Source: Sporopachydermia quercuum (taxonomy: Eukaryota). From it: 64,000 nt of DNA. The stretch spans positions 1,116,001 to 1,180,000 of the forward strand of contig BCGN01000006.1 of assembly GCA_001599295.1 (NCBI GenBank), given 5' to 3'. The notes beneath the pieces are model-generated. The model did no database searches. It was not told the origin of the DNA and worked only from the letters and a program-made list of their open reading frames with translations. A program made the position numbers and the translations under genes. Shown piece by piece: positions 1-11,360 of this stretch (position 1 is the stretch's first letter; each line of letters starts with the position of its first letter).

Positions 1-304
1 TTTAATTAGCATACAAATAATAGAATTTTTAATTGCTGTAGCTTCAACAGACATAGACAGGTATGATCAACCACCCGTACTATTACATGTAAAGTGCATA
101 CTTTTTCATGCATGAATTATGCATATATTTAAGTATATGCACACCTTATTTCAGACCCTAAACACCAACTCTAATATTGGAAACTTCATTGTAAGAGCAA
201 ACCCTATTTTTATTCCTTTTATCGCGTTACGTTAACCCATGTTAACCTATGAATTATNCCTTCTAATCAATTAAATAACATCCAGTAAAATAGTGTTTAA
301 ATAT

Positions 305-528
305 GTAAGTCATGCAATNCTACTGCATAAACAAATACTGAACACGCCTTATTACTACGGCTCAAACGATTTGCAGATTCGTCTAATTCCAGCAGGTTAT
401 CTACGATTCTGGCCTTTCTTTCCCCATGTCAATCCTGTCATACCCTGTCCTAAANATTGATTAGTTAAGCAAAGTTCTTAGGTGATACAGGCTAACTTAT
501 ATATATATTTCTTTATTCTCACTCTTAG
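305..528 (+). other. Probable 5' (UTR) spliceosomal intron of the bZIP gene
   Basis: GTAAGT at 305, branch-like GCTAAC at 491-496, a pyrimidine tract, and TAG ending at 528, one base before ATG 530. The donor choice is uncertain. Confidence 0.45.
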
Positions 529-529
529 A

Positions 530-1153
530 ATGACAGGAAACACCAGGAAAAGAACTCTGCAAGATGAAGAAGAAAATAGGGAGATAGAAAACATGGATAG
601 AGCATTCGCAGCTTACTATAAAACAGGATCACTGATAACCAAACAAGTACCCGCTTTACAAGATTCAAGAGCTGATGCTTTGGCCACAGTACCATTAGGA
701 CTTCCAAACAGAAAAATGAACATTCAGGAAGCTACAATTGACTCAAGAGAAGGACCTGTTGCACCTTTGGGCGTTAATCTACTGAAAACCAACAGTTCAG
801 GCAATATTCAGAAGCGAGGCAAAGGAAGACCTGCCTCTGACCTATCACAGGAACTGAAAGTCATGAAAAGAAGGGAGCAGCTAAGGGAGGCTCAGAAAAA
901 CTACAGGAAACGGGCAGGTAAGCAAACCGAGACAAATATTAAGCTGCAGGAAGAAAATAGTAGACTGAAAGAGCTTTTAACGAGAATAAGCAAAGCACAA
1001 CTTGATTTATTCAAGGAAGAACTCAGTAGATTATCAACAGATGACGGGGACGAAAAGCAGAAATTAATAGACTCAATAGCCGATATTCAGCAGAGGATTT
1101 TAACTGAGGTTACATTAATAGAAAGTTTTGACGGGTCATCCACAGCAGCATAA
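530..1153 (+). CDS. Putative bZIP-like transcription factor with AT-hook-like motif (~207 aa from ATG 530)
   Basis: KRGKGRP AT-hook-like motif, then a basic region KRREQLREAQKNYRKR and a Leu heptad coil (LQEENSRLKELLTRI). The first ATG is at 530; the track's GTG start lies in a likely intron. Confidence 0.65.
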   Translation: MTGNTRKRTLQDEEENREIENMDRAFAAYYKTGSLITKQVPALQDSRADALATVPLGLPNRKMNIQEATIDSREGPVAPLGVNLLKTNSSGNIQKRGKGRPASDLSQELKVMKRREQLREAQKNYRKRAGKQTETNIKLQEENSRLKELLTRISKAQLDLFKEELSRLSTDDGDEKQKLIDSIADIQQRILTEVTLIESFDGSSTAA

Positions 1154-1234
1154 TTACAGTAATAGAATGAATTATGTATACATATTAACGAGCAATTAAC
1201 GAGTAATTAACAGCAATGAAGTATCTATATACTG

Positions 1235-4200
1235 TTAATAATCAATCAATCGATCCAAAATATGAAGGTTATCGATCAAAAAACTTGCGGCTTTAGAAGC
1301 AGCAACCTTTTTATTTATATCAAAAGCATAAACAACGGGCTTTTTCTCTACCAAAATCGTACATTTACAACAGAATATTTTTCCCTTCACAGGTTCATAA
1401 AGTAATTCGGCGGACTGATCTTCTTAACCCCCAAATGTGCATATAAGATATTCCTGGCATCGTTATTTATCTCCTGGTTTTCAGGTACTTACTGCTAAAT
1501 TCAGTGAATTACTAAAGGAAATATCAGAATCTGCCATGCTTTCAGAGTAATCACTATTGGAATCAAATTCATCAATATTCCCAATGGTGTCACTATGATA
1601 CTTATCTAGTGAATCCCTGTTCTCCCTCTCATTTTCTTCTATGTATGGAAGGTAAAGCTTTGATTGGTCTGAATAATCCAATAAGCTCTCTTTATAACCG
1701 AATTATACAACAGTATCAGTATCAGATTTAGCTGACATATATTTCAATAGTCTTGGAAGTTTGGCTTTATTTTTACTCTTCATATGACCAGTTCCATACT
1801 GTTCAACCTAATTGTTTGCTTTCTTTAATGCATTCATTGCTGCTCTAGTACTAGCATCTTTTATGCTATTGCCCGTACCTATTCCTATTACGTTATCATC
1901 CATTCTGCACTCAACAACAGTTGCAAGTCTCATGCCATCACCTTGAGCGACCGTTTCATATTTTGGTGCAAGGTTTGGGCATGCTATCAAGTTATATAGT
2001 CGCTGCTTGGCATGTCTTTCTAGCGGAGCCACCGAATTGATCATATCCTCATGTTCCTTAAGAATAGGACCAGTGAGAACTTCAATCCATTGTTTGATAC
2101 ACGTCAGATCGAAATTACGATCAACCGCTAAACCTCCAATGTATGCTTCAAATACATCAGCAAATATCTTCTTGGAACTGTATTCAATGGAGTTTTTGGT
2201 TATATTTGCATGAAGTTTTTTATCTAGCCCATAAAGCTGGGACCATCGTATCAACTGTTCATTACATACTAATGATGCTCGTATCATACTTAGATCTCCT
2301 TCTGAGCATTTAGGGAACCTTTCAAAGATAATAGGAGTAACAACACTACCAAGAATGGAATCCCCTATGAATTCTAACCTTTGGTTATATTTTTCGAGCT
2401 TCTCTGCATCGCTCAAGTTGATGAAAGGTGCTATCATAGAACTATGGGTGAATACTTGTTTGTAGATAGCTTTATTGGTGATTACAGGNAGATTGGGAGG
2501 GAAGCTTGTGCCTGGGTCATAGGATTCGAATCTGAATGATACTTCTGACTGTTTTGTTAGTGGATTATAGAAGATTGAACCTGTTGCAGTTTTTTTAGAG
2601 GCACTGAATAGTTGATCATTAGACATTTCAACATTATCGCTGCTATTGAGCCTGGTGAGCACCTGATGGGCAGGATTCTCAGAAATTACTTTATGGGCAT
2701 GCTCGCTATTCGATAGCTTAAACATCTTTTTAACTAATGATGATTTCTCATTAGCAGCTGTAGATAGCCATGGAAATGCATCAGCAGCAATACAAGATAA
2801 AGTGTCTTCTGGATCACCTTCAATAATCTGATTGACCCTAGTAGACAATTGTAAGATTACATGGAGCTGATCTTTGGTTACGTCTAGTCGATCCGCAAGA
2901 TGTTTGAAATACTGTGTAGAACATAATTTGGATAAGTGGTCTGGTACTAAAGGTAATTCTCTCATGATCGATAATTAATCATGAATATTCTGCATGGCAC
3001 TGGATAGTTTTGTGATGTTCTTTGCTTTCAAATTTTCAGGTGGTTTATTACTAGATGTAAATGTAGAGTTAATAGAATTTAATTTGCTGCTATAGTTATG
3101 ATTACCATTAACGATACCATTGCTATTGTTTTGATAGGTATTGGCATCCATAGAACTGGCAGAATCTCTTGATATCTTTTCCTGGTGTCTGGAATATCCT
3201 TGGGTACTGTTGCCATTGCTACTACTATTGTTATTGGAGGAAATTGTCGTTATGCTTTCTAGTGAATTAGAGATCTCTAGACTGACTGGAGAACACGACA
3301 NNAGAAATCGACGTCGGTGCTGTAGCTGTTGAGGTTTCCGCTACTGAAGAAATATTCTCTTTTGTTCTTTTCCTTATTTTCGTTTCTTTTATTGATTTGT
3401 CCATAGGAATATGCTTTGGTTTAGATTTAGAATCTGCTTGCTTCTTATCATTCGACGATGCAGCTTAGTCACTCTTATCTTTTTTACTTTCAGATGAATG
3501 TGTTTCGTTTCCTCTGTGTTTCCCGTTAGTATTGCTGTTGTTCTTCTTGGATTGATTAGCATCATCATCATCATCACTATTACTCTTCTTTATTCGTGGA
3601 CCTAGTAAATTATTGACTAAAGGAGTGAAATTTTTGAAGTTGAACATGATGTCTTTTGAGTCCTCTTTATCGCTGTGATCTGAGCTTTCCGGGCGAGATG
3701 ATTTATGCGATGACTGCGAATGATAACGTGAATTAGAACGTGAATAGGAAGACGTTGAAGTATCTAAATCACTTCGTGCATCAAAAACGTCTAATTCACC
3801 TATCAGGCTCTTCACTCGTTTAGAAGTTTTGTTCTTTTTTTTTATTTATATTTTGAACAGTTTCCTTCGAATAGGTATCTTCAATTTCTTGGTCGATTTC
3901 TTGTTGACTGTCAGAATTGTTATCTTTTTTCTTTTTTTCTATGGCTAGGGTTTTTCTTAAGGATTTTGCTAAGGCTTTCGTTAAAGCTTTCGTTATCAAT
4001 TCCTTGCTCGCTCTCTTCTTCTTCTATTTCTATAACTTCTTTATACACATTGTCATTTACAAGCTCAGGCGTAGACTCGCTTCTATTACTNGTATCAGTA
4101 TCTCTATCTTTATAGTATAAATCACTCTTAGCAACTTCTTCTAGAGATATAAGATCTTCTTCTGCACTACCAAAAAAATCATTAAACAATAGAGATACTT

Positions 4201-4641
4201 TCTCACAAATCCACTTTCAAAATTCTTTTTCTTCCTCTTACTAGAACTATGGGTATTATTATTATACTTCCTTCTCTTTTGCTGCTTTGGCCGTTCTTCT
4301 GATATTAATTTTAACCTCTGACTATCAGGTATTTCATTATTATTGTTATTACTGTCATTATCATCGTATAACAATTCACCTTTGGGGCCTTTATTATTAC
4401 TTTCACCATTATTATGCAAATCGTCAGTCTTATCAGAAAGAAAAATACTAAATGTCCGATTAGCCAAATTTATGGTAGTTGCAGCTTCGCCTGGTGAACT
4501 GTTTCTTCCATTTGAATCATTGCTGGTAAAATCAAATGGCAATTGAAATATTTTGTTGGTCGTTGTGCTGGTAGTAGAAGAGCTAGGATTATTACTGCTA
4601 GGGCTTTCCACTGAGTTAAAGGTAAAATTCAGCCGATCCAT
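1235..4641 (-). pseudogene. DCR1: Disrupted budding-yeast Dicer-type RNase III gene (low-complexity N-terminus, NTD, RNase III, dsRBD1, linker, dsRBD2)
   Basis: RNase III signatures QRLEFIGDS, LVCNEQ and KIFADVFEAYIG. dsRBD1 is HAKQRLYNLI...GTGNSIKDASTRAAMNAL. Manual translation of 1235-1490 gives a second dsRBD (NDARNILYAHLGVKKISPPNY / YEPVKGKIFCCKCTIL...YAFDINKKVAASKAASFLIDN..DY*). In-frame stops at 3465, 2975, 1808 and 1703; frameshifts near 4200, 3930, 3840, 3301, 1489 and 1400. Confidence 0.8.
1808..2965 (-). CDS. Residual open core ORF of the RNase III gene (partial NTD + RNase III + dsRBD1, 385 aa); may or may not be expressed
   Basis: Uninterrupted ORF bounded by the TAA at 2975 and the TAG at 1808. 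Catalytic-position residues E/D (LEFIGD), N (LVCNE) and K/D/E (KIFADVFE) are retained. Confidence 0.5.
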   Translation of the reverse strand: MRELPLVPDHLSKLCSTQYFKHLADRLDVTKDQLHVILQLSTRVNQIIEGDPEDTLSCIAADAFPWLSTAANEKSSLVKKMFKLSNSEHAHKVISENPAHQVLTRLNSSDNVEMSNDQLFSASKKTATGSIFYNPLTKQSEVSFRFESYDPGTSFPPNXPVITNKAIYKQVFTHSSMIAPFINLSDAEKLEKYNQRLEFIGDSILGSVVTPIIFERFPKCSEGDLSMIRASLVCNEQLIRWSQLYGLDKKLHANITKNSIEYSSKKIFADVFEAYIGGLAVDRNFDLTCIKQWIEVLTGPILKEHEDMINSVAPLERHAKQRLYNLIACPNLAPKYETVAQGDGMRLATVVECRMDDNVIGIGTGNSIKDASTRAAMNALKKANN

Positions 4642-7370
4642 ATTGTTGGGCCTGAGGGCAAAGTAGATGAAATAAACTGATCACTTACCAGGTGCTTTTC
4701 GGGCGCTTAACTGGTAAACATGCAGAAGGAACTGATAGCAATTCTTGTTGGTCGGTTCATCCGATTATCTTTGAATTGAAGAATTCCGCATAGGTGAAAA
4801 CTATGCTTCTATTATTCAATCTTTCATTCCAATCTGATTTCCTAATGGAAGGTGTTGTTTTCTGCTCGTTGATATTCTGCGTTGTATATGAGAATAGGAT
4901 GCAGGTTTCGATAGCACTTACTGACGTTTGTGTCCCAAAAATTGATAGAAATAGGCAAGAAGAAAAACAAAAACCAGTTGAAATGGAGATAATGGATAGT
5001 GGTTATCCCAGTAGTTAAACGCGCAACTACTAAATAGGTAGCGATGACCAAAAAATGAATAGCAAGCAAATAAAACCAAGTAGAGGTTATTTCAGGGGGG
5101 TTAGTTAGAACGTCTAGATAGATCTTGATCAATTGATGATAGCTGGTAAACTAAATATGTACTAAACAGTAAGCCTGCTCAATTTTATGAATAATGATTT
5201 CATTGAGTGTAAACCATGTTAGAAGTATTGTGCTTACAATGAGTCGGTGAATTAAGTAGAGGAAAGGGCCATCAAGACGAGAAGAGACAGGAAGAAAGCA
5301 CAGATTACGTTATCTGGAAAAGATAAGACCTGGTGAGTTAATGATTAGGTGATCTGAAATAGAATATGACGAGGAGATGAAGATGTGGGAAAAGAGCAGA
5401 ACATTTGTTGATGCTTCTGAAGTCCTGTGCCGGATTCAAGTGGAGTTGCAAGGAAAATGGTTATTGNATGAAGGGAGAAGGCCCAGATAGCTTGTTTGTA
5501 AGAGATATTACCGTGCGTTTAGGATGGCGAAATGTGATCTCTACAACAATTGACGTTAGAACTTAGAATTTGAACCCTTCATTGAAGGATAGTGGCTTTA
5601 GAAAGCTGGTCAGAAGATAGGATGTTTTCCTATTAAATAAAACCATCAATTGAATAGCCTGAGGTAGCCATGGAGCCCTATTCTATCTAAGCACTGGCTT
5701 CTGCCCCACTGAGACTTTCAATGATCTGTTATAACTTAGCAACTATATCTCAACAAACTACACATTGTATACTATAAACTTCCAAGCTAGTTGACATAAC
5801 CTTATCTTTCCTGACTATCAAATCTATTTACCCCATTTCTTCAAAGAAGCAATTGAGTCCAGTATCTAGTCGCCAACGGTTTCCTGCGTATCTATACGCT
5901 GATTTATGCAATGATATGCAAGGATCACCCAAAGAAGCAAAAACACCGGCCATAACCCAGCCAGGAAACTATAACCTTAAAATAGTGAACTTTAGTTTGC
6001 AGCAAGTCTTTCGTTAGGCATCACAAGATCATAACTTAGAATGTACATACAATGATAAAAAAACTTAAACTTCAACAAAACTGCAATATAATGTTTCTTG
6101 ACATAATTGTTGATAACAGCTAGTGTTTTCGGTAAATTTCTTTATTTTAAACCTGCTGTAAAGTAATCTACTTTTTAATCTGTCTATTGTTCCATGTTGA
6201 TTTTGACAAATCCTTTTACCTTAAGTTTAAACGTACAACCTTATTACATAACCTTCCTTACATCTAAATTAGCAAATCAGATAAATCCTCTTGAAACTTT
6301 GTTCAACAAACGCTCAACTATTTATTCGTTGATTAGAATAGCTATTTCTTTCGTTCTTACTTTTTTAGCGAATGTAGTCGACGTAATATTGAAGAAAATG
6401 TCTATTATAACTGTCTGTAGCATACTTGTGATTTACCAGGTATCTTGATTATCTCAGCCGCATTATTCTCTTACTTTTATACGTACATAGCTAGAATTGA
6501 TTCTTTAATTCCAGCCCTGCTGATAAAGCTATCCCACCTGAGACTTTAACCCAACTCATCAACGTCATATCCATCATCGATCGTAGTGAAAGCCATGCTA
6601 CAGGAATGAAACTTGTCATCTGGAAATGACTCTGAAAAATTGAATTGACGAAGAGTTCAGTGAGCTTCAGAGAAAATAATGATCTGAATTGATTCAAAGG
6701 TTTGGTATGATTCGCTGCGTTGTAATTGTANGTTCTGAGAATGAATTGTAGTTGGACAGCAGATAAGAAGTTCAGNTATCCTAATATGAGTGTAGTGCTA
6801 TCCTGTTAGTAATATACTATTAATACCACAGTNTTGGTGCACTTCCGAATTATAAAAAGTTATAAATGATAGCAATAGGGAACTACAAAATCCTGTTCTT
6901 CATGTCATGNGAATACAATCGATCCGAATTGAACTCATTGAATTGAACCTGTGGAACTGAATTTAACTGAATTTAACTGAATTGTACTAGTAATACTATG
7001 TCCGCAATACTACTCACGTCAATTATGGAAGGTAAACATATATCGTACCTCGTTAGACCATGCTTATTTCTATATACCAATATTTCCTATAACCTGTTGT
7101 ATACATACAACAAATGTACTATCAACTACGGCCGCGACCTTACTTGTTGCTCACTTAAAACCATTCCTTAGAAATGCTCTTCATAATCCTTGGGATCAAA
7201 TATCATGATAAGATCTACTGCAATGTCTACATTTAAACAACTTTCAATATAATATAATATAAAATAATATCAAAATAACATTATCTAACTTGAAATAGAA
7301 ACTAAAAGAAAATCAAAACCGCCAACCATTATATAAAAATTGTAAAGCAAATAAATCTATCCTTCATTCT

Positions 7371-8909
7371 TTATTTACCAACATACTTCAACTCAATGAA
7401 TCTTGTAGATAAATAACCAATTGAGGCAAAACTGAAACCAAGTTCAAATCCAATATCTCCACTGTACTCACCAATCAAATTAGCTAGGACACCGACATAC
7501 CAACTTTGAGACATACCAAGAACAACACCAGCAATTCCGCAAGCACAACCAAACAGAGAAGCATAGCCAACGGGCAAGTAGTTCTTGTCATTCCATTTAC
7601 TTGCATCGTATCCACTGAAACCTTTCTTAATGAAGAAATGATCCATAACTGCAATAGCAGTGTAAATAGATAACCAGTAAGCAATGATATTCATGAAATT
7701 GTGCATAACGCTATCGAAAGCATAGTAAGCAGGGATGGAAATACCAAGAGTGACCAAATTAGCAGCAATGGTCCAGAGGGTTCTAGGGACAAGTTGTAGC
7801 TTGGTCCATAAGGATTGAACAGTCAAACCCATAGAGTACATATTAGGAATGTTATTAGAAACAGTAGAAAGACCCAAGACAACCATACAGAATTGACCAA
7901 ATCCTCCTAATGAATCCTGAACTAAGACAGCATAGAATAAACCACCAACGGAATTCTTATCATATAATGCAGCCCAGTCAGCGTTTTGTTCGATACCAGT
8001 AGCACATGCAGCACCAAGGATCAAGGTGAACATCAATGGAATAGACAAACCAAAGAAAACGGCGAAGAAAATTCTGTAAGGACTCTTGTTAACTGGCATA
8101 TAGACGGTGTAATCAGCAGCGAAAGAAGCCCAACCAGTAGCGAAACCGTAGACAGCACAACCAAAAGATAAAACGGCACCAGCTTCAGTAGCGCCAGTTC
8201 CCATAGTTCCACTGTGGAATTGCTTGGAAATAGCCATTCTAGCAATAACGCAAATAAAGATAATTCCATTAGGAATCCACGCCCATTTTTCATAATGATG
8301 AACAATATGATAACCACAGAATGTAATAACAATAGTACAGCAAACAATGATCAAACAGGCAGCCCAAGGTGGTAAAGCTCCACCATTAACAACGTGTAAA
8401 AGTTGAGCAGCAGCAATAATATTAACAGCACCCCAACCCAAACAAGCAATACAGTTGAAAAATGCAAAGATTCTAACTCCGACGTGGCCCATCCAAAATC
8501 TCGATAACACCATTTGTCTTAAACCAAATCTACAACCAAAAGTACAGAAGAAAGCAACAGGAGTAACACCAATAATAACAAAGAAGATAATAGTAAGAAC
8601 TGAATCCCAGAATTGTAAACCAAAGACTGTAATACCTAAGCAACCAAGAGCAAAGGTAGCGATAACCAAATTAGCTCCTACCCACATAGAAGCGGCATTC
8701 CATAAACCTTCATCTGATCTTTCATCCTCTTCAACTCTAGCAATACCTCTTGTTTCAGCATTCATCTTTCTTTCGACGATGTTAAGGTAATGGAGAATGA
8801 CGTTGGTTTTTTTTTCTTCTCCAACTCCCATCTCGGAAGTCTCCTCATATTGAGACTCATCTGCGATTTTCTCAATACTTGAGTTTTGTTTTTCCAAATC
8901 GACGGACAT
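7371..8909 (-). CDS. FCY2: Purine-cytosine permease (NCS1 family, FCY2/FCY21/FCY22-like)
   Basis: About 12 hydrophobic segments with motifs AETRGIARV, FGLRQMVLSRF, GWGAVN, GWASFAADYTVY, NNIPNMYS and GDIGFEL. First ATG at 8909. Confidence 0.9.
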   Translation of the reverse strand: MSVDLEKQNSSIEKIADESQYEETSEMGVGEEKKTNVILHYLNIVERKMNAETRGIARVEEDERSDEGLWNAASMWVGANLVIATFALGCLGITVFGLQFWDSVLTIIFFVIIGVTPVAFFCTFGCRFGLRQMVLSRFWMGHVGVRIFAFFNCIACLGWGAVNIIAAAQLLHVVNGGALPPWAACLIIVCCTIVITFCGYHIVHHYEKWAWIPNGIIFICVIARMAISKQFHSGTMGTGATEAGAVLSFGCAVYGFATGWASFAADYTVYMPVNKSPYRIFFAVFFGLSIPLMFTLILGAACATGIEQNADWAALYDKNSVGGLFYAVLVQDSLGGFGQFCMVVLGLSTVSNNIPNMYSMGLTVQSLWTKLQLVPRTLWTIAANLVTLGISIPAYYAFDSVMHNFMNIIAYWLSIYTAIAVMDHFFIKKGFSGYDASKWNDKNYLPVGYASLFGCACGIAGVVLGMSQSWYVGVLANLIGEYSGDIGFELGFSFASIGYLSTRFIELKYVGK

Positions 8910-11360
8910 TTTGTTGTATTGAATTGGATTAGTGTGCAATGATACTATACTATCTTGTAGTAGAATTCAAAATATCAACAATTATACGTTGTTCTGTTAA
9001 ATAAATCCTAAGGTTCTTGATAGTAGAAGGGAAGTGTTTTTCCTGAACTCACTTAATAGAACCAATGAAGAATAATTGACGATTGATGATATAGAAGAGA
9101 AGTTTAGAATAATAGACAAATTGTATTAGAACTGTTTGACTTGAAATGAAGGACATCTACTGGTATTTATATCTGGATTCCACGGCCTTTGGTATAGATA
9201 GGATAAAAAATAATGGTTTGGAAAAAAACGTAAGCAAAGATGCTCCAGCATTTGATAGCTAGAACAGAAATTTTCTGTTTTATTTAATTTTATCGGGAAA
9301 CTGTCTTTAAACTCAAACCTTAAATAAAGTGTGAACTAAAAGAAAGAAAGTTTAAATAATAGTCAAATATTTAGAAATAAAGTTTTAAGTTCAATACATA
9401 TTAGCCTTAAGCAACCAAAAGACGTGAAGTAAAATGCCGGAAGCAGCATGCTTAACATTTTGCAGTAACAAGCCTAATGTTGTAGAAGAACAACCGATTG
9501 CATTGACTGTCAATGATGAAGGAGCAATCTTTTTAAACAGCAAACAAGGGTCAGCTAAGTTGAAGCTCAGAAAAGCGCATTTAGTATGATAGTGGCGGTA
9601 TCGTCAAAGTAAATTTACGATTCAGCGTAAGTTAAGTAGATCCATAAACTCCAGGATTAATTAATTTCATACATAATCGTTATAGCCAAAGAGTTTTTCG
9701 GGTAATACTTTACTGAAATCACACTGTGATCAGCGACGTTATGTTCATAAGGTTACCAACCAAGGGAATAGATAAAGAACTCAAATTCAATGAAAAGTCA
9801 TTATATCTCTTTCTGTTCCTTCTAGTTTAAAATCTGATACTTCGTTCCTCACCCAAAATTAAGGTTTAAGTTTATGGAAAAATCCGATGAAGCATATTCT
9901 CCCTCCATAATAAAGTTAACATTTGGCTTGGCAGATGCCCTTTGCCTGTCTTTCACTTCGATTCTGAGACGAGTTATCTCTAGAGGCTGAAGGGTGTAAC
10001 AACTTTAAACTACATATAATACATGTACAAATCACTTTTGGTATTCTATGCTACTTTTGGTTAACCAAATAAGGTAACCGTTCATTTGGTATCATTATTG
10101 ATGATAGATAGATAGGTAATGAAATTTGATTAGTATGAAGAAAACAAATATAGACTGTTTGATGGTTTGCTTTCAAAGCGTTGAAGAGGTGTGCTATGAC
10201 ACCTAGAAGCTGTTTATTGGGTGTTCAGTCTTGGAAGAGGTACAATGGATGAGATCTATCTTACAAACAGTAAAATGAAGAGTTGAAATAAAACATATAC
10301 TCATTATTGGTGCTCTTGCAATCTCTAGTTGACACCAAGAAATATAACTGCAGCCATATATGGGGTAGCTCAAAATGAAATAACAAATCAAGTCAAATGT
10401 ATATAGAAATACGTACTAATATCTTTAAACCTCCATTAATGCATTTACGTCAAATTAGTTCTATTTCATTTTCGTAATCACTGGGATCAAAACAGTGGAA
10501 TATCATTAAGTTTTCACTATTTAGTTTCGATTCACACGGTATAACACAACAACTTGTCTGGCTTTAGTTTCTTCCATAGCATCTATTGATGAAAATTGTT
10601 GTCCTCATTAGAACATGGAAATTTCCGTATATTTATTTTTTCTCGTTGTTAATTTTCTCCTAGGCTGATCCTAGGAGAAAGTGTTACAGTTAAACAATTA
10701 TAGTTTCGCTAATGAGAACTTTAATTGTCTGCCTTGGAAGTAATCNTTTCAGGGTTATTATCGGATTTTTCCATTTTTGAAGAAGCAATTATTCAGCAAT
10801 TGAGCAAGTTTACTTCGTTCAAGTATCTTAAACAATATTATAAAGAGTACAATATAAGAGAAAGTAAATGGCATTTTGACATTTAGATTCTATAAGCTTC
10901 GGAAATACTGAATAAGGTTNAATAAATACAAAGATGAGAATATATTCTTTCTCAGTTTGTTGCAATAGCTTTATCAGTAGGCATGCTGCTGCCATCATAG
11001 TCGCTATAGCTGTCTAAACTGAAGTATCGATTTCTTCTTTATCATCTAAGTAATTGAATTTGATTTCTACCTTCCTGATCTGGGAAATATACCTATCAAA
11101 GTTTGAAGGAACTAGTCTAAACTGTACTTTTCTAGTATACATGCGAAACCGTATTTGAAAACTTAATTGACTAGAAGAAAAAGGTTAGTACTGCTACATT
11201 AATTATTATTATATGGTACTTTGGTTAGTAGTCAGAAATATCGGGCAAGAAGTTGTTTACAAGTATTTTGACATTGATAGTTTCATGGAATTCAATTACA
11301 AGTTAGAAAACTGTCAAAAAAGTTCTTGGTGAAGTTGAAGGAAAGAGTACCTTTTCATTC

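Noticed and set aside
1473..1491. GTAAGT..CAG mini-intron that would restore the frame before dsRBD2
   Set aside because: Only 19 nt with no branch site, too short for a spliceosomal intron.
1235..4641. Stop-codon reassignment (TAA/TAG = Gln) or A-to-I editing to explain the RNase III stops
   Set aside because: Normal genes in the window end in TAA/TAG (e.g. PRS3, ADH, REG1), and the gene also has several frameshifts that recoding cannot fix.
5545..5680. tRNA-like GGTTCAAATT on the minus strand
   Set aside because: No consistent T-stem, acceptor stem or anticodon arm could be built.
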